Part shown: positions 22,576 to 34,795 of the stretch, in pieces
How the letters are laid out: every line of letters begins with the position of its first letter
Position numbering within the stretch: position 1 is the first letter of the stretch
NCBI RefSeq assembly: GCF_001194135.2
Contig: NC_068992.1
Coordinates: 33,943,876-33,981,272 of the forward strand
DNA length: 37,397 nucleotides
Source of the DNA: Octopus bimaculoides
Lineage: Eukaryota
Reading direction: 5' to 3'
Notes under the pieces: model-generated
What the model saw: only the letters and a program-made list of their open reading frames with translations
What the model was told of the DNA's origin: nothing
The model's database searches: none
Translations under genes and position numbers: made by a program

Positions 22576-24841
22576 ATCTTAACAAAAGACATAGTTTAAA
22601 ATTTTTGGTGTTGTATATAGTAGTGTGTTGTACCACTCTAAGGACAATGATTATACAGTCCTGTGTAAACTGTGGTATGCTGTACAACTCTATGGTGATA
22701 AATGTACTGTGCTGGTGTTGTATACAACACAATGCTGAAGCACTCTGCAGAATACATTTATAATGTAGGTCATTTGAGCCTGTGAGAATTAAGCAATACT
22801 CTGATGGTGAAATATGAACAGTGACTTCTTTGTCTGAGAGGCAGATGCTACTTCAACTCAGTTTATTACAATTCTGTGTATTGAAATTGGTTGGATTATG
22901 TAAACTAACAGTTTAAATGAGTAGATGCAGGTATTTTGGCTTGGTCTCTTGGTTGAACATAATATCTTCTTCATCCAATCAGTTACAGAGAGCATGGTAA
23001 AGAAGATGGTCACTGACTTTTTTCTTTTGATTAAACCATTAAAAAAGTAGAATTATACTTCACCAGATCAATGACAATATTGATATTGTTATATTAGAAA
23101 TAGAAATAATATGATAATGTGTGGTTGCATTTATCATGTGTGTGCATGTGTTTGTGTGTGTATGTGTGTGTGTATGCGTTTGTGTGTGTATGAGATGTGT
23201 GTGTTACAGGTGTATTTGATAAATAAATAGCTCTAAGTCATACAAATGTAACTCAGTAAACAATGTTCATAAACACAATATTTGTCATAAAATTCCAAGC
23301 TCGGTAACAAAAAGAAAGAAATACCTGAATGAATGTGCAAAAAATAAAAAAAGAATTCATTTAGATACATTTTTATTTGGAATTGACTTAAAGAATGGTG
23401 AATATTGAATTGACTTTGAAATGCTAAAACACAGCACTACATCCCCACTCCCACCATAAGCATCCCAAAGCTCCTTTATATAAGTGGATGAAGTGACATA
23501 GAATAAGTGACATAAAATATCTGGAACTGACATGGTTAAAATGTCTTCAATTCATTGCCACATTATATCACAGTCAATGCCAGCTGCTTTTTGAATGGCG
23601 CCACTTGATATGTTAAGTTGGTCCACCTTTGAACAAATAAATATTGACAGACATTCAATACAATATTTTATTAAGAATATGAAGTATGATAATAATGACA
23701 CACATGTTAACTATGGAGCCAAAACATTAACAGAATGGTCTCAAGATGAACAAATGTACATAACAATTAGCTGTCTTCTCTATTACAATCTACTTTAGAA
23801 GTACAGGCTCCCTTACACAGTCAACAAACTCACAATCATAACCTACATAAACAACATAAATGTTTACTCAACTCATGCATTATCTATTTCATGCTATTGA
23901 CTTCCATCATCTTTTTTTTGTGGTGGGGATTTAACTGTTGCAAAGAATATTATTGTTTTCTTCTTCTGGGAATCTGTAAAATATAGAGGGAGAAGAATTT
24001 GGTAGATTGTAGCTTCTTAGAAATTCTATTTTACTTTCTTTCTTTAGATTTGACTTTCTTAAAAACACGAGAAACAGTTTGGTTGAGTTTTCTATTCTTT
24101 TCTTTCAAATGCAAATAACACTGAAGTTCAGTTCAGACAGTTACAACTTCTCATTCACAAAGGCCTTTAACTATATTTAAAGGCCAAACACCAGTATTCA
24201 GCAATGCTAACTAGTCATTTGTTTTGCTTTGCATGAATGCCAGCTTTTCATGAATTAATCATTATATTTTTAAAACTCAACACTTATACGTCCTACACAT
24301 ATGCACTAATGTGTGTGCATGTGTGTGTACATATATACATATATGCATAAGCATTTATATACGCGTATATGTACACATGCACACACACACACACACACAC
24401 ACATAAAAGGTGTGTGCAGTTATAACTAACAAGTATGTGTTCACACAAACATGGAAAGGCCATCACTGCAGGAATTGTCTCTGGAAAGAAATTCTCCTTA
24501 TGAACAATGTGGGTGTGAGCTATGAATAATGTCAACAGACCAGTGGACATTTGTTTTTGCGTTATTATGCTCGATCAGTTATGAACACCAAATCCATCAT
24601 TCACAGCTCACTGAGGACTACCTTTCTTATATGATATTTTAACATTAGTTTGCACAAACCAGTTGTTAACTTTTGGCTTGTCACCAATTAGGGACCTTTC
24701 TAGATGTTATTATGTCAAACACACCTCAGGATCAAATGACTCTGCTGGGGAATTTCAGTTGGTCGTTTAATGATTTAGAGAGAAAGCTAATCACTATATT
24801 TGCAGCATCAAATTTTCTATTTTAATGTTTAGTTGGAAAAA

Positions 24842-25062
24842 GGTGACAAGCTGTCAGAACTGTTAGCATGCCAGACAAAATGCTTAGTGGCATTTCATCT
24901 GCCTTTATATTCTGAGCTCAAATTCCACCATGATTGAGTTTGCCTTTTATTTTCTTGGTGTTGATAAAATAAATACTAATCAAGTACTGGTGGGGGAGGT
25001 CAATGTAATCAATTTCTCCCTTTCTCTAAAAACTGGAGGCCCTGTGCCAAAATTTGAAACCA
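24842..25062 (+). mobile_element. SINE family C, second copy
   Basis: Collinear with 16529-16737; ends TGTGCCAAAATTTGAAAC. Confidence 0.75.
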
Positions 25063-25706
25063 GTTTTAAGTCTAAAAGATTGTTCACATTGATGGCAAGT
25101 AAGAAACTTACATGAGTGTTTATATTTACCTGTGTGTATATTGATGATTATATGTATGTTTTTGTGTATACCAGCATGTAATATATATTCCTACCTCCGC
25201 TTTTCGCCTTTGTACCATCATTTCCATGCACATTCTCCACAGTTTTTTAACCAGTCACTTCAACAATAACTCTATTTGTGTTTGTAGCCTGCTCCTTTCA
25301 TTACTTTAGCCATATCGTCTTCACCATTTCTTCTTTGTGTGATATGTTTATTTACTTTCCTGTCTTCCTTCATTAACTTTTTTTTGGTTTCTCCTTACAC
25401 AGCCCCCATTTTGCAATCTTTTTTTCTTTCCCACAAATCAACCTCTTAATTTCAGTTTTATCCGTAATTTTCTCCTCTTAAATAAGGGTCCAAAGAGACA
25501 AAATATTATATTCTATATACTTTATGACAAATAAATTTTCCTTGTCTTTCAAAATTTATATTGACTGATTTTTTTCCCCCTCTGCAGATTGTTACCTGTT
25601 TCATAAAATCCTGGGTGTTTCTCCCTTCTTTTAACTATATATTACATAAACCATATTTTAATGAAGTAATATTTCATTGTTAAGCTGAAAAAAACATTTT
25701 ATACAG

Positions 25707-25799
25707 AAATGTGGTTTAAATTGTACTTACTTAGTAAACCAGCTGTTAAAGCTTGGGATGTTGAGCAAACCAGTTGGTTAGATATGGCAACTTATCCAG
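25707..25799 (+). CDS. Candidate internal host exon (phase 1-1), unidentified protein
   Basis: Acceptor CATTTTATACAG, 93 nt reading xMWFKLYLLSKPAVKAWDVEQTSWLDMATYP, donor CAG/GTAATA. The other two frames contain stops. Confidence 0.45.
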
Positions 25800-26129
25800 G
25801 TAATATATATACCATAACAAAAAATGTATTCAAAAAACCAGAAACCTAAATTAATATCTCTGGAGAACTGAAGGAAATAAATGAAACATAGAACTGCTAA
25901 GATTAAGGACAGTTATGTATTTATAGCTAGTTGTTTTTATAGCCTTTGTTTTTTTTTTAGTTTGGCTATGAGGTTGTAATGTGCCTCAGTAAAAATATCT
26001 ACTGGTGCACAGCCTAGTGGCCAGAGATGACCCTGAGTACAACTATAATCATAAGATATTTTGTGAATATAACAAATAACCTAATTGTTACCTTATCGAC
26101 ACCTGAGAAGAGGTAATAAGGTTTAATGT

Positions 26130-28200
26130 AATCAATAAGTGATTAATAATAGAAGAATGTATGTTACTATTCTCAGTGTAAAGATGGTACGTATTCAAAG
26201 AAAACCATCAACGTCAAGGCAGGATCAACAGATCTTCACCTTACACTGCATTCTTGATCTCATTATCAATAAACTGTTCTAGTTTTCACATAAAAGTATT
26301 GATATTTTGTGTGGCATTGATATCATCAGATAAACCATTCTATGAAGAACATGCAGCAAAATCTAACAAGTTTTCCAGTCTATTTCGACTAATCCTATCA
26401 ATGAATATTTCGTTCTGATTTCAATTTTCCTTACCATTCACTTCGAAGTTGGTCATTTTCCTCAATAAGACAGGCTTATAAATATCAAGCTTATGTTTAC
26501 AGGCGAATAATAATAGTTTTTTCCTATTGATTTGGAAGCTATTTGCAATCTTGTATTTTTTAAAAAGTGGACCAATATGTGCTAAAGGAGGTGTTCCTTC
26601 CAATATTCTCAGGAATTACTTTTAGATGAAGTAAAATTTTGTTTATTAAATAATTGTGCTTATTGCACCATGCCACATTTGAATAAATCAATGTTGGATA
26701 TATCATCGAACTATAGAGAGATAGTAATGCCATTATTTACATAGGGTCTAATCTTGAAGGCAATAACCAAGAGGTGGGACAGTCTTATATTGATATCCTC
26801 TATATTATTTTTCCAGTTTGGATTTCATTTATTGTTAAACCCCAAAACTTAACACAATTTACCTTCTTAAGTTTAGAATTATTCTTCATCAATCCACTGA
26901 CCATATCTGGAACATTTTTATTGCAGGTTTGAATATAATGTAATTAAAAGTCTATTTAAAAAAAATCACTGTGTGATATTCAATTTATTATTCATAATTT
27001 CAGTGATTTCTTCTGAAGAGTTTTCCCTTGTATAAACACTGGTATCATCTGCAAACATTAGTATTTTACACTTTTCATTGTCAATGACATTGGGCAAGTC
27101 ATTTACAGATATTACAAACAGTATTGGTCCATGGATTCATCCCTGTGATACCTCAATACTTATGTTCTCCAACTGATGACATTTCTTCCTTAAAAGATAC
27201 ACATTGCTTTTTATTTTGTAGGTAGCCTCTGAATAAATCTAGTTGCTTTCCTCTTATTCCACTATAGTTTGATTTTTGTATCAAAATATTGTGACCAATT
27301 GTATCAAAAGCTTTGCTCAGATCTATGAAGATGCTGAGGTTAAACTCATTATTATCAGCAGATTTGTATAAATTATTCATCAAACACCCTAATGCTAATT
27401 CAGTGTTAGCACCTTTCCTAAATCTAAAGTGGTCTTCTATGAAGATACTCTTTTTTTTTTATCAATTTTGTATCCATTGTTATTGTCAAGATATTTCACA
27501 AGTCTTTTTTTTAATTATTCTCTCAAGAATTTTTAACAAGTATGGTAGGATTGAAATGGGTCATAATTTGATATGAGATACTTTTCATTTTTTTAAAAAG
27601 CAGGAATTTCTTTTGCTTATTTCATTTCTCGAGGAAATTTACCGATTTTGATACATTGATTAAAAATTTTAGTTAATGAATTCTCTGAACTTATTCTTAC
27701 TTCTATTATCTGTTTGTTTGCATATAATACATTTCCTATTTGTACTTTTATCCTCTTGTCGTCCATTATTAGTTATTGAGAATATTGGAATGTGATCAGA
27801 TGCTTCAAAAATAATTGTACCACCTCAAGGTTAAATAAACCATTGCTATTTGTAAAAATATCATCTATTAACATGTTGCTATCCTTAGTTATTCTGAATC
27901 CTAGATCACTACATGTTTGAAGGAAGAATGCATTACTCTTTAATGCTTCCAAAAACTGATATTATATTGTCATCTGTTGAATTTGTTATAATCACCAGCA
28001 ACAAAACAGTGCTTGTTTTTCATTGATATTTTGTGCAAAATGGAATTGAATTTAATGAGAAATCATTCAAACTTTTATTCAGGAGCATGTAATTTGAAGG
28101 CAATAAAAGTGTAAACATGTAAAACCAAGTGAATAAAATAATATGGCAAAATTCTGGTTTCTTTTGGGTATCCCTTCGTATATCATTGTTCTTGCAAATA
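26130..28200 (-). mobile_element. Heavily decayed CR1/L2-group LINE (APE and RT)
   Basis: CFVAGDYN, RITKDSNMLIDDIFTN, SDHIPIF (APE); FRKGANTE, SIFIDLSKAFDTIGHNIL, VSQG*IHGPILF, LMFADDT (RT). Confidence 0.8.
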
Positions 28201-28251
28201 GATGAGTAATGAACAAATTGCTGGTATATGTGGCATGTATGGTGCTATGTG

Positions 28252-30209
28252 TTTTCATCTGCTGTCACTTACCAAATGTCTTTTTGTCCACGTCTTTTGG
28301 TCCGACGTTTTTTGTATGATAATTTTTTTGTCCGACTTTTTGTCCAATTTTAAATAAACTCTTTCAAAAACAAGGTGAAATATCTCTGATATATTCACAG
28401 AACTATACCGAACCTCATTATAGGATTGTCATTATCATTATTTTCCTTCTCAGTTAACAGTTTTACGTCCTCTTTTCCCTTAAGTATGGTGCTATGTATA
28501 GAGAGTGCTGCAAATTTAGTGTATACATTTTTAATTTACCCATCCCAAAATGACAAAATTCATAGTATCAACTAAAAACAAAAAGAAAGTAGTTGATGAA
28601 AGTAATTACATCTACGATTTTCATTCAAGCAATACAAAACTAAGAAAAGAATACTGGAGATGTGAGAAAAGAAGGCTCTGTTCAGTAAGAATTCACACAG
28701 TAATGGAAAACAATGAGCCAAAATTTATTTATTTTTCTAGTGAGCATGGTCATCCAGCTGATGTAGATTCATTAAATGGTAGGAAGGCAATTTCAGAAAT
28801 AAATTGTGAAGTGGTGGAAAACATAGCAGCAAGTTCACGTAGTAGAATAGCAGCTAACAGAAAATACTTGCTTTCAACTTCCTCGTTTGCCTGTACTTTC
28901 AAGGACTATTAAAAGGTGCTGACAAAAAAATTCTAGATTTCTCACTAATCCAGGGGCTAGAACTGGTTTTGAAATACCCGAAGAATATTGTAAAGTTGAT
29001 AATAGCGAACAGTTTTTGAGATATGATTCAGATATCGAGGATCAACAGTGCATACTAGTATTTGCATCAGAAAGTGCTCTTCAGGATATAGCATCATATC
29101 ATCATTGGGCATGTGATGGAACATTCAAAATTGTGCCAGAACAGTACTTTCAACTGTTTAGCATTCATGTACAAGTTAAAGGTAGCAGTTTTCCATGAGT
29201 CTTTGCATTATTGCCGAATAAAACAAAGCAGATATGTGAATTATTTTTCGAGCAATTGAAAATTATGCAACCTAATGCATATCCACTTGATCTCAGGGAA
29301 GATTTCGAATTTGCAGTTCATAAGGCCTTTAATTTATCATTCCCTAATTCATCTATCATGGCATGTTTGTTTCATTTGAGCCAATCAGTATTTCAAAAAA
29401 TCACAAATTTTGGCCTGAAAGAAAAATCCAATAGAGACTCTGAATTCTGTCTTAAATTTCGCTGTTTTTCATCATTAGCCTTCCTACCCATTGACGATGT
29501 CGAAGATGCTTATGAAGAATTAATAGATGATGAAGAAATACCTGCTGAATTTATCACTTAGTTCGATTTGATTTTCATAGGTGTTGTGAGATGTGGTGCT
29601 AGACGAAGGAGAGAATCATCTACATTCCTGATAGCTGTATGGAATATTAATCAGTGCATTCCTTAAGATCTTCCCAGAACAAATAATGCTGTGGTAAGGT
29701 TTCATTCTTTGATAAAGCATTTGGCAGGTGGAGCACAACTGAATATTTGGAAATTAATCAAAACTCTGAAGGAAGAGGAAGGATTCATTGAAGGTAAAAT
29801 GACTGAAATTATTCAAAGAGATCCATCAAACTCATATACACAATAGCGAAGAATAACTAAACACCTAAAAAAATTGGTCATTGAATATGGGTCAACAAGA
29901 AGAATTGATTTTTTGAAGAGTGTGCAAATAATTTCCATCAATTTTAAGTGATCATAATAAATCATTAGCTATATCTTATTACTTTTTTTAAATGATTTTT
30001 TTAGAAATACATTTTACCACAGTATTTTATTCAAAACCTACCAATAAAATTCTTAACAATTATTTGATTTTGATGTTCACCTTGTTTCCTAAAGAGTTTA
30101 TTTAAAATTGGACAATAAGTCGTTGGACAAAAAAAATCATCAGACGAAAGGATGTCGGACCAAAAGACGTGGACAAAACGATATTTGACAAAGTGACAGC
30201 AGATGAAAA
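28252..30209 (+). mobile_element. MULE (Mutator-like) DNA transposon with about 135-bp terminal inverted repeats
   Basis: TIRs at 28252-28384 and 30072-30209 (TTTTCATCTGCTGTCACTT...). No TSD found. Confidence 0.88.
28550..29946 (+). pseudogene. FLYWCH plus MULE-type DDE transposase, disrupted
   Basis: YIYDF..EYWRCEKRRLCSVRIHT..EHGH; HWACDGTFKIVP; EDFEFAV; ACLFHLSQ; PRTNNAVV (catalytic E lost). Confidence 0.85.
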
Positions 30210-31300
30210 GTCTAGTCATGAGCATATATAACATGATAATGCTAAATCGTGTAGCAACTTCTCAAATCTGTAAAGATTCTGCCATTTTGAACTATTTCAT
30301 TTGCAAGCTTTGCCGAACACTTAAGAACATAATTAATATCTCTGTTTTTTTGTGTTTCCTTGAATGTACAATTTGAAGGAGAGGCAACTCGTCCATCATT
30401 GATTTAACCAGATCATGGTTCTTTTCTTTACATGAAAGAAAATTACTGGAAAACTTTCTAATTCTTCCAAATTTTTCTATTAAAACTGTATTGAAACCAT
30501 TTGTGGGGAATTTTTTTTATCACAGCTGCATCATACTTTTAATGTTTTTGTTCATGACCTCAGGATCAATGTGGTGTAGCATTAATTTTGGTAAAAGTTT
30601 TTCCTGTAGTTTTTTAGAGAATTGATCCTTTGGCAATGCATCAAGGGCTTTGTCTGTCTTTGTCTACAAGGAAATTTACAAGTATGGTTCCATTTGGATG
30701 TTGCTTTGTCGTTAGCATTGTATTTTGTATTTAAGACTTTGACTTATTTCTTTGGCCATGTTGTCAGAATCATTCGTAGATAATATTGATAAGGATGACA
30801 TTTTTTTTACTTGATGGTTTCTCCCTTTCAGTCATAGCTTCAGCATCATTTTGTTTTGTTTTTAATTGCATCTGATTCATCCTCATTCATTTGATTAATT
30901 TGCATCTTTAGCTTCAAAATCTGACATGAACTTTTCTTCTTTCAACATTTTTTCTAATAGTATATATTAGTGATACGAGCAATATTACCATAGTAAAGTT
31001 TGTACTAACAGAACATCCATATTTAAGTGGGAATAAATATTTTCTAGCATTTGGAATTTTTCAACCAAAGTTGTCATGTAACCAAAGTGAGTTGGTTTTG
31101 TTTTTTCACCTCACTTCTTTTTCTATCATTGCACATATCTTGTTGCTGTCTATCTGCACCTTGAAGTTCCCCTCATCATGAGGGGTTAGCTCGCACAAGA
31201 TGTCAAGGGTAGAATGTAAAATATCATTTCTCATATGGGGATTTTTGATCTCATGACACAGATTTTTAAATGCAGTATTCATAGAAAGATAAAACCATTT
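30210..31300 (-). other. Possible decayed ORF1/5' part of the CR1/L2-group LINE
   Basis: Broken minus-strand frames (KKLQEKLLPKLMLHHIDPEV; RFSIIMLY next to the TIR) on the same strand as the LINE. The similarity is weak. Confidence 0.3.
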
Positions 31301-31600
31301 TTATTACATTGAGCACCATAATGCAATGCTTAGAGTTAAGCACTGCAATGCAAAGGATATGTCCATCGTTGATGCAGTATTTTTTCAAAAGATATATTCC
31401 AGTATTGGTGATGGGATTGAAATCATGAATTCTTTAGCTAGTAGGATAGCAACTATTTCTAGGGCAACTTTTGCAACGTTTCTTTTGAAAAATTATACTT
31501 ATTTTAATAATTTAACAGTTTGCATAAGAAATTAAGAAAAGAAAAAAATATATATAAAGATGTCTTTCAAAATCAGGATATTTCATAAAATTAGATACAG

Positions 31601-31678
31601 GAAATTATCAAAGCAATGATATTAAGTGGATATAAATTAGAAGTCGAAAAATCTTGCAATATTTTATCAAATATATTG
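31601..31678 (+). CDS. Candidate host exon (phase 0-0)
   Basis: EIIKAMILSGYKLEVEKSCNILSNIL, donor TTG/GTAACT; the acceptor is weak. Confidence 0.25.
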
Positions 31679-31793
31679 GTAACTTAGATTTTTTTCTTCC
31701 AGTTATTTTCCATCACTTAGAACTATTTTCATCAAAAGATTAACATCCTTATTTCGTAATATTAATTTAATTTTAAATAATTTTTGTTTCAAG

Positions 31794-31822
31794 ACTAATC
31801 CAAAAGAGTATATGCCTGGAAG
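31794..31822 (+). CDS. Candidate 29-nt host micro-exon
   Basis: Acceptor TTTTTGTTTCAAG, donor AAG/GTAACA; reads TNPKEYMPG or LIQKSICLE. Confidence 0.4.
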
Positions 31823-32278
31823 GTAACATTAACTCAACTAATTAGAAAGAAATTAGCATTTCTTCAAATCATGAAGGAACTTCAATATTGAAAGCTTTAT
31901 AATTTGTTTAGATTTCAAATCTAATAGTTTCAATATCTTTAAACGCTGGTATATGTGGAACTTAGGATTAATTTCATTGAATTTCATATTTATGGCAATA
32001 TTCAAAATACTTTTCAAGTTAAAGTAAACAAACTACATTTTTCATAACAAATAATTTTATCCAGAATTACTAATAGTTGTTAAATCATCAGCAACATGCT
32101 TGTTAAAGCACAGAGTTAGGAAAACTTGTTAGTCTGCATTAGAAACAAGTACTATCATTTAAATTTGCACCGTTTCATTGATGTGGTCCAATATTCTAAT
32201 GTCAAATATCACATTTATTTCACTAAAGCTATAGCATTTGTAATATTTATAATATGTTTTTTTATTAATAATTGGCAG

Positions 32279-32300
32279 AAGTTACTGAGTTACTCAACAG
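32279..32300 (+). CDS. Candidate 22-nt host micro-exon
   Basis: Acceptor TTTTTATTAATAATTGGCAG, donor CAG/GTGAGA. Confidence 0.35.
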
Positions 32301-32584
32301 GTGAGAATTTCATGTTTTGACACTTAACAAACTGTTTGCAAATGAAGGGGTCATAAGTTTACATAACAGTAATAATAGTACTTCCATATTGTTCTGAAAC
32401 AAATTATAAAGACAGTTGAAATGTCACATTGATGATGCAAAATTTTCAGATAGTCTGCCTGTGATACCTTTTCCATAAATAAGTAAACAAATAAATAACA
32501 AATATACAAATAAGGAAAACTTAAGAGTATATGCACGTTTCTGCATGTAAAAAGGAGCCTGCAGATGAATATAAATGCAGGCAC

Positions 32585-32761
32585 GTACACACACACATAT
32601 TCACATTCATGCATGCATGTTCATCAATTCATACACACATTTATATATATATATAAAACACATAGAAACAAGCTATATAAATATACATCAATATATACAC
32701 ACACACACACATATATGTACATACATCCATACCTGCACTTACACACAGGCATACACATATA

Positions 32762-32800
<39 letters not shown>

Positions 32801-33137
32801 ATATATATATGTGTATATATATATGTATGTATATATCTATGTATGTATACATATATACATGTATGTATATATATGGATGTATATATATATGTATGTATAT
32901 ATGTATGTATATATATATGTATGTATATATATGTATATGTATGCATATATATGTGTATATGTATGTATATATATATATAAATATATGTATATATATATAT
33001 ATATGTATGCATATATATGTATGCATATATATGTATGCATATATATGTATGTGTATATATGTATGTATATATATGCCTGTATATATATATGTATGTATAT
33101 ATATTTATATACATATATATGTATATATATAGATACA

Positions 33138-33218
<81 letters not shown>

Positions 33219-33250
33219 ATACATATATATGTGAATGTATATTGCATGTA
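32585..33250. repeat. Compound (TA)n/(TATG)n/(CA)n microsatellite
   Basis: Read directly; pure TA run at 33140-33210. Confidence 0.97.
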
Positions 33251-34251
33251 TTGGGTTGTCCGGAAAGTTCATGCCAATTTATAGTAGCTTACCTTTCGAC
33301 TTATTTTAGAACATGGTTGAGCCAATAAAATAGGATTTGACTACACTTCCATTTAGAGCACAGTTTAAGCTATCTTTTCATGGAAGAAGGTTTATGTTCC
33401 TACAACCTGTATTAATTCTGTAACCCTTTGAAATGGAAGATAAGAAAGTTCATTTTCGGCTCTTGATGCTTTTCTTTTTCCATAAAGGGAAAAATGCCTC
33501 ACAAGCAACCAAAGAAATATGGACAGGTTACAGTGATGTTTCTTTATCTGAAAGAGCTGTATGGAAGGGGTTTGCAAGGTTCTGAGCTGGAGATTGTAGC
33601 CTTATTGATAAAGAGCAATCAGGCAGACCATCCGCTACAGATGATGACCAAATCAAGTCATTAATTGAGTATAACCCACATTGCTCAACCCGAGAATTGG
33701 CAGAAAGCCTCAGCCTATCAAAATCCTTCTTTCATGAGCACCTGGTAAAGCTTGGATACACAAATCACTACGATATTTGGGTACCGCATGAGTTGAGTGA
33801 GAAGAACCTTTTGGATCACATTTCCATCTGTGATTCATGTTATAAACGGATTGAAAACGTGCCTTTTTTAAAGCAAATTGTGACAGATGATGAGAAATGG
33901 ATTATCTACCGGAATGTTCAGAGAAAATGATCTTGGAGTAAGCAACATGAGCCACCCTTAGCCACCCCAAAAGCTGGTCTTTACCCTAAAAATGTCTTGC
34001 TTTGTGTCTGGTGGGATTGGAAAGGAATTCTGTACTATGAGCTTCTCTCAAGTAACCAGACAATTAATTCTGAGAAATACTGCAGACAACTGGACGAGTT
34101 AAAAGCAGCAATTCAAGAGAAACGTCCACAATTGGCCAACAGAAAGGGTGTTGTTTTCCAACAGGATAATGCAAGACCGCACATTTCTTTGGGAGCCAGA
34201 TAAAAATTGCTGCAGCTCAGCTGGGATGTGTTACCCCACCCTCCATATTCA
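33251..34251 (+). mobile_element. mariner transposon, left TIR plus disrupted transposase, cut by a gap
   Basis: TA then TTGGGTTGTCCGGAAAGTTCATGCC. ATG at 33433 (MEDKKVHFR); SGRP, WVPHEL, IVTDDEKW, LCVWWDWKG, QQDNARPH, HPPYS. N at 34252-34351. Confidence 0.93.
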
Positions 34252-34351
34252 NNNNNNNNNNNNNNNNNNNNNNNNNNNNNNNNNNNNNNNNNNNNNNNNN
34301 NNNNNNNNNNNNNNNNNNNNNNNNNNNNNNNNNNNNNNNNNNNNNNNNNNN

Positions 34352-34451
34352 GTTCTTGAGCAAAACACTTCATTTCACATTGGTCCAGTTCACTCAGCTG
34401 GCAAAAATGAATAATGCTGCGATGGACTGGCTTCCTGTCCAGCTGGATACA
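34352..34451 (+). mobile_element. SINE fragment (CORE-like plus V-domain-like)
   Basis: CTTGAGCAAAACACTT..CCAGTTCACTCAGCTG and CTGCGATGGACTGGCTTCCTGTCCAG; identified by recalled similarity only. Confidence 0.4.
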
Positions 34452-34795
34452 ATGATAGTCTCAGTTTTTTAGGTTGCCAAAGGCATTTTGTCTATAGAAA
34501 ATTTTCAAAAGGGCCACACCATCAATGGGGATTACTACACCAACTTGCTGAATGAGTTACGAAGAGTTAGCAAAACCAAATGCTCTGGAAAACTTAAGAA
34601 AGTCTTTGGTTTCAATGGCTGCTGTGTGTGACTGTAGCTTCAAACTGGTTGATCACTCTCCCTATTCTCCTGATTTGGTCCCATCTGACTATCACTTGTG
34701 CCCAACATGAAAGCCAGTTGGCTTGGAATCAGTATTGCAGTGATGATGTCATATTTGTTGTTGATGACATTTTTTGCCTAAGAGGATGAAAGCAA
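34452..34795 (+). mobile_element. Second mariner transposase fragment (irritans/Hsmar2-like)
   Basis: KGHTINGDYYTNLL, HSPYSPDLVPSDYHL. Confidence 0.8.

Noticed and set aside
22715-22730. Perfect 16-bp palindrome GTGTTGTATACAACAC
   Set aside because: About one is expected by chance in 37 kb of AT-rich DNA.
23595-23975. ORF 23595-23798 and a strong minus-strand acceptor near 23974
   Set aside because: No homology is recognised; all frames after the acceptor stop within 27 codons and no donor is found.
31794-31822. Cytochrome c similarity (NPKEYMPG versus NPKKYIPG)
   Set aside because: It is an eight-residue resemblance with no CxxCH motif or other support.
32565-33328. Long Y/I/M/C-rich ORFs up to 239 aa
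   Set aside because: All stop codons need two adjacent purines, so alternating purine-pyrimidine repeats are stop-free by construction.
33251-34795. One continuous mariner across the 100-N gap
   Set aside because: The two fragments cover overlapping parts of the transposase (TIN..YY and PYS motifs occur in both), differ in sequence and are separated by a SINE fragment.
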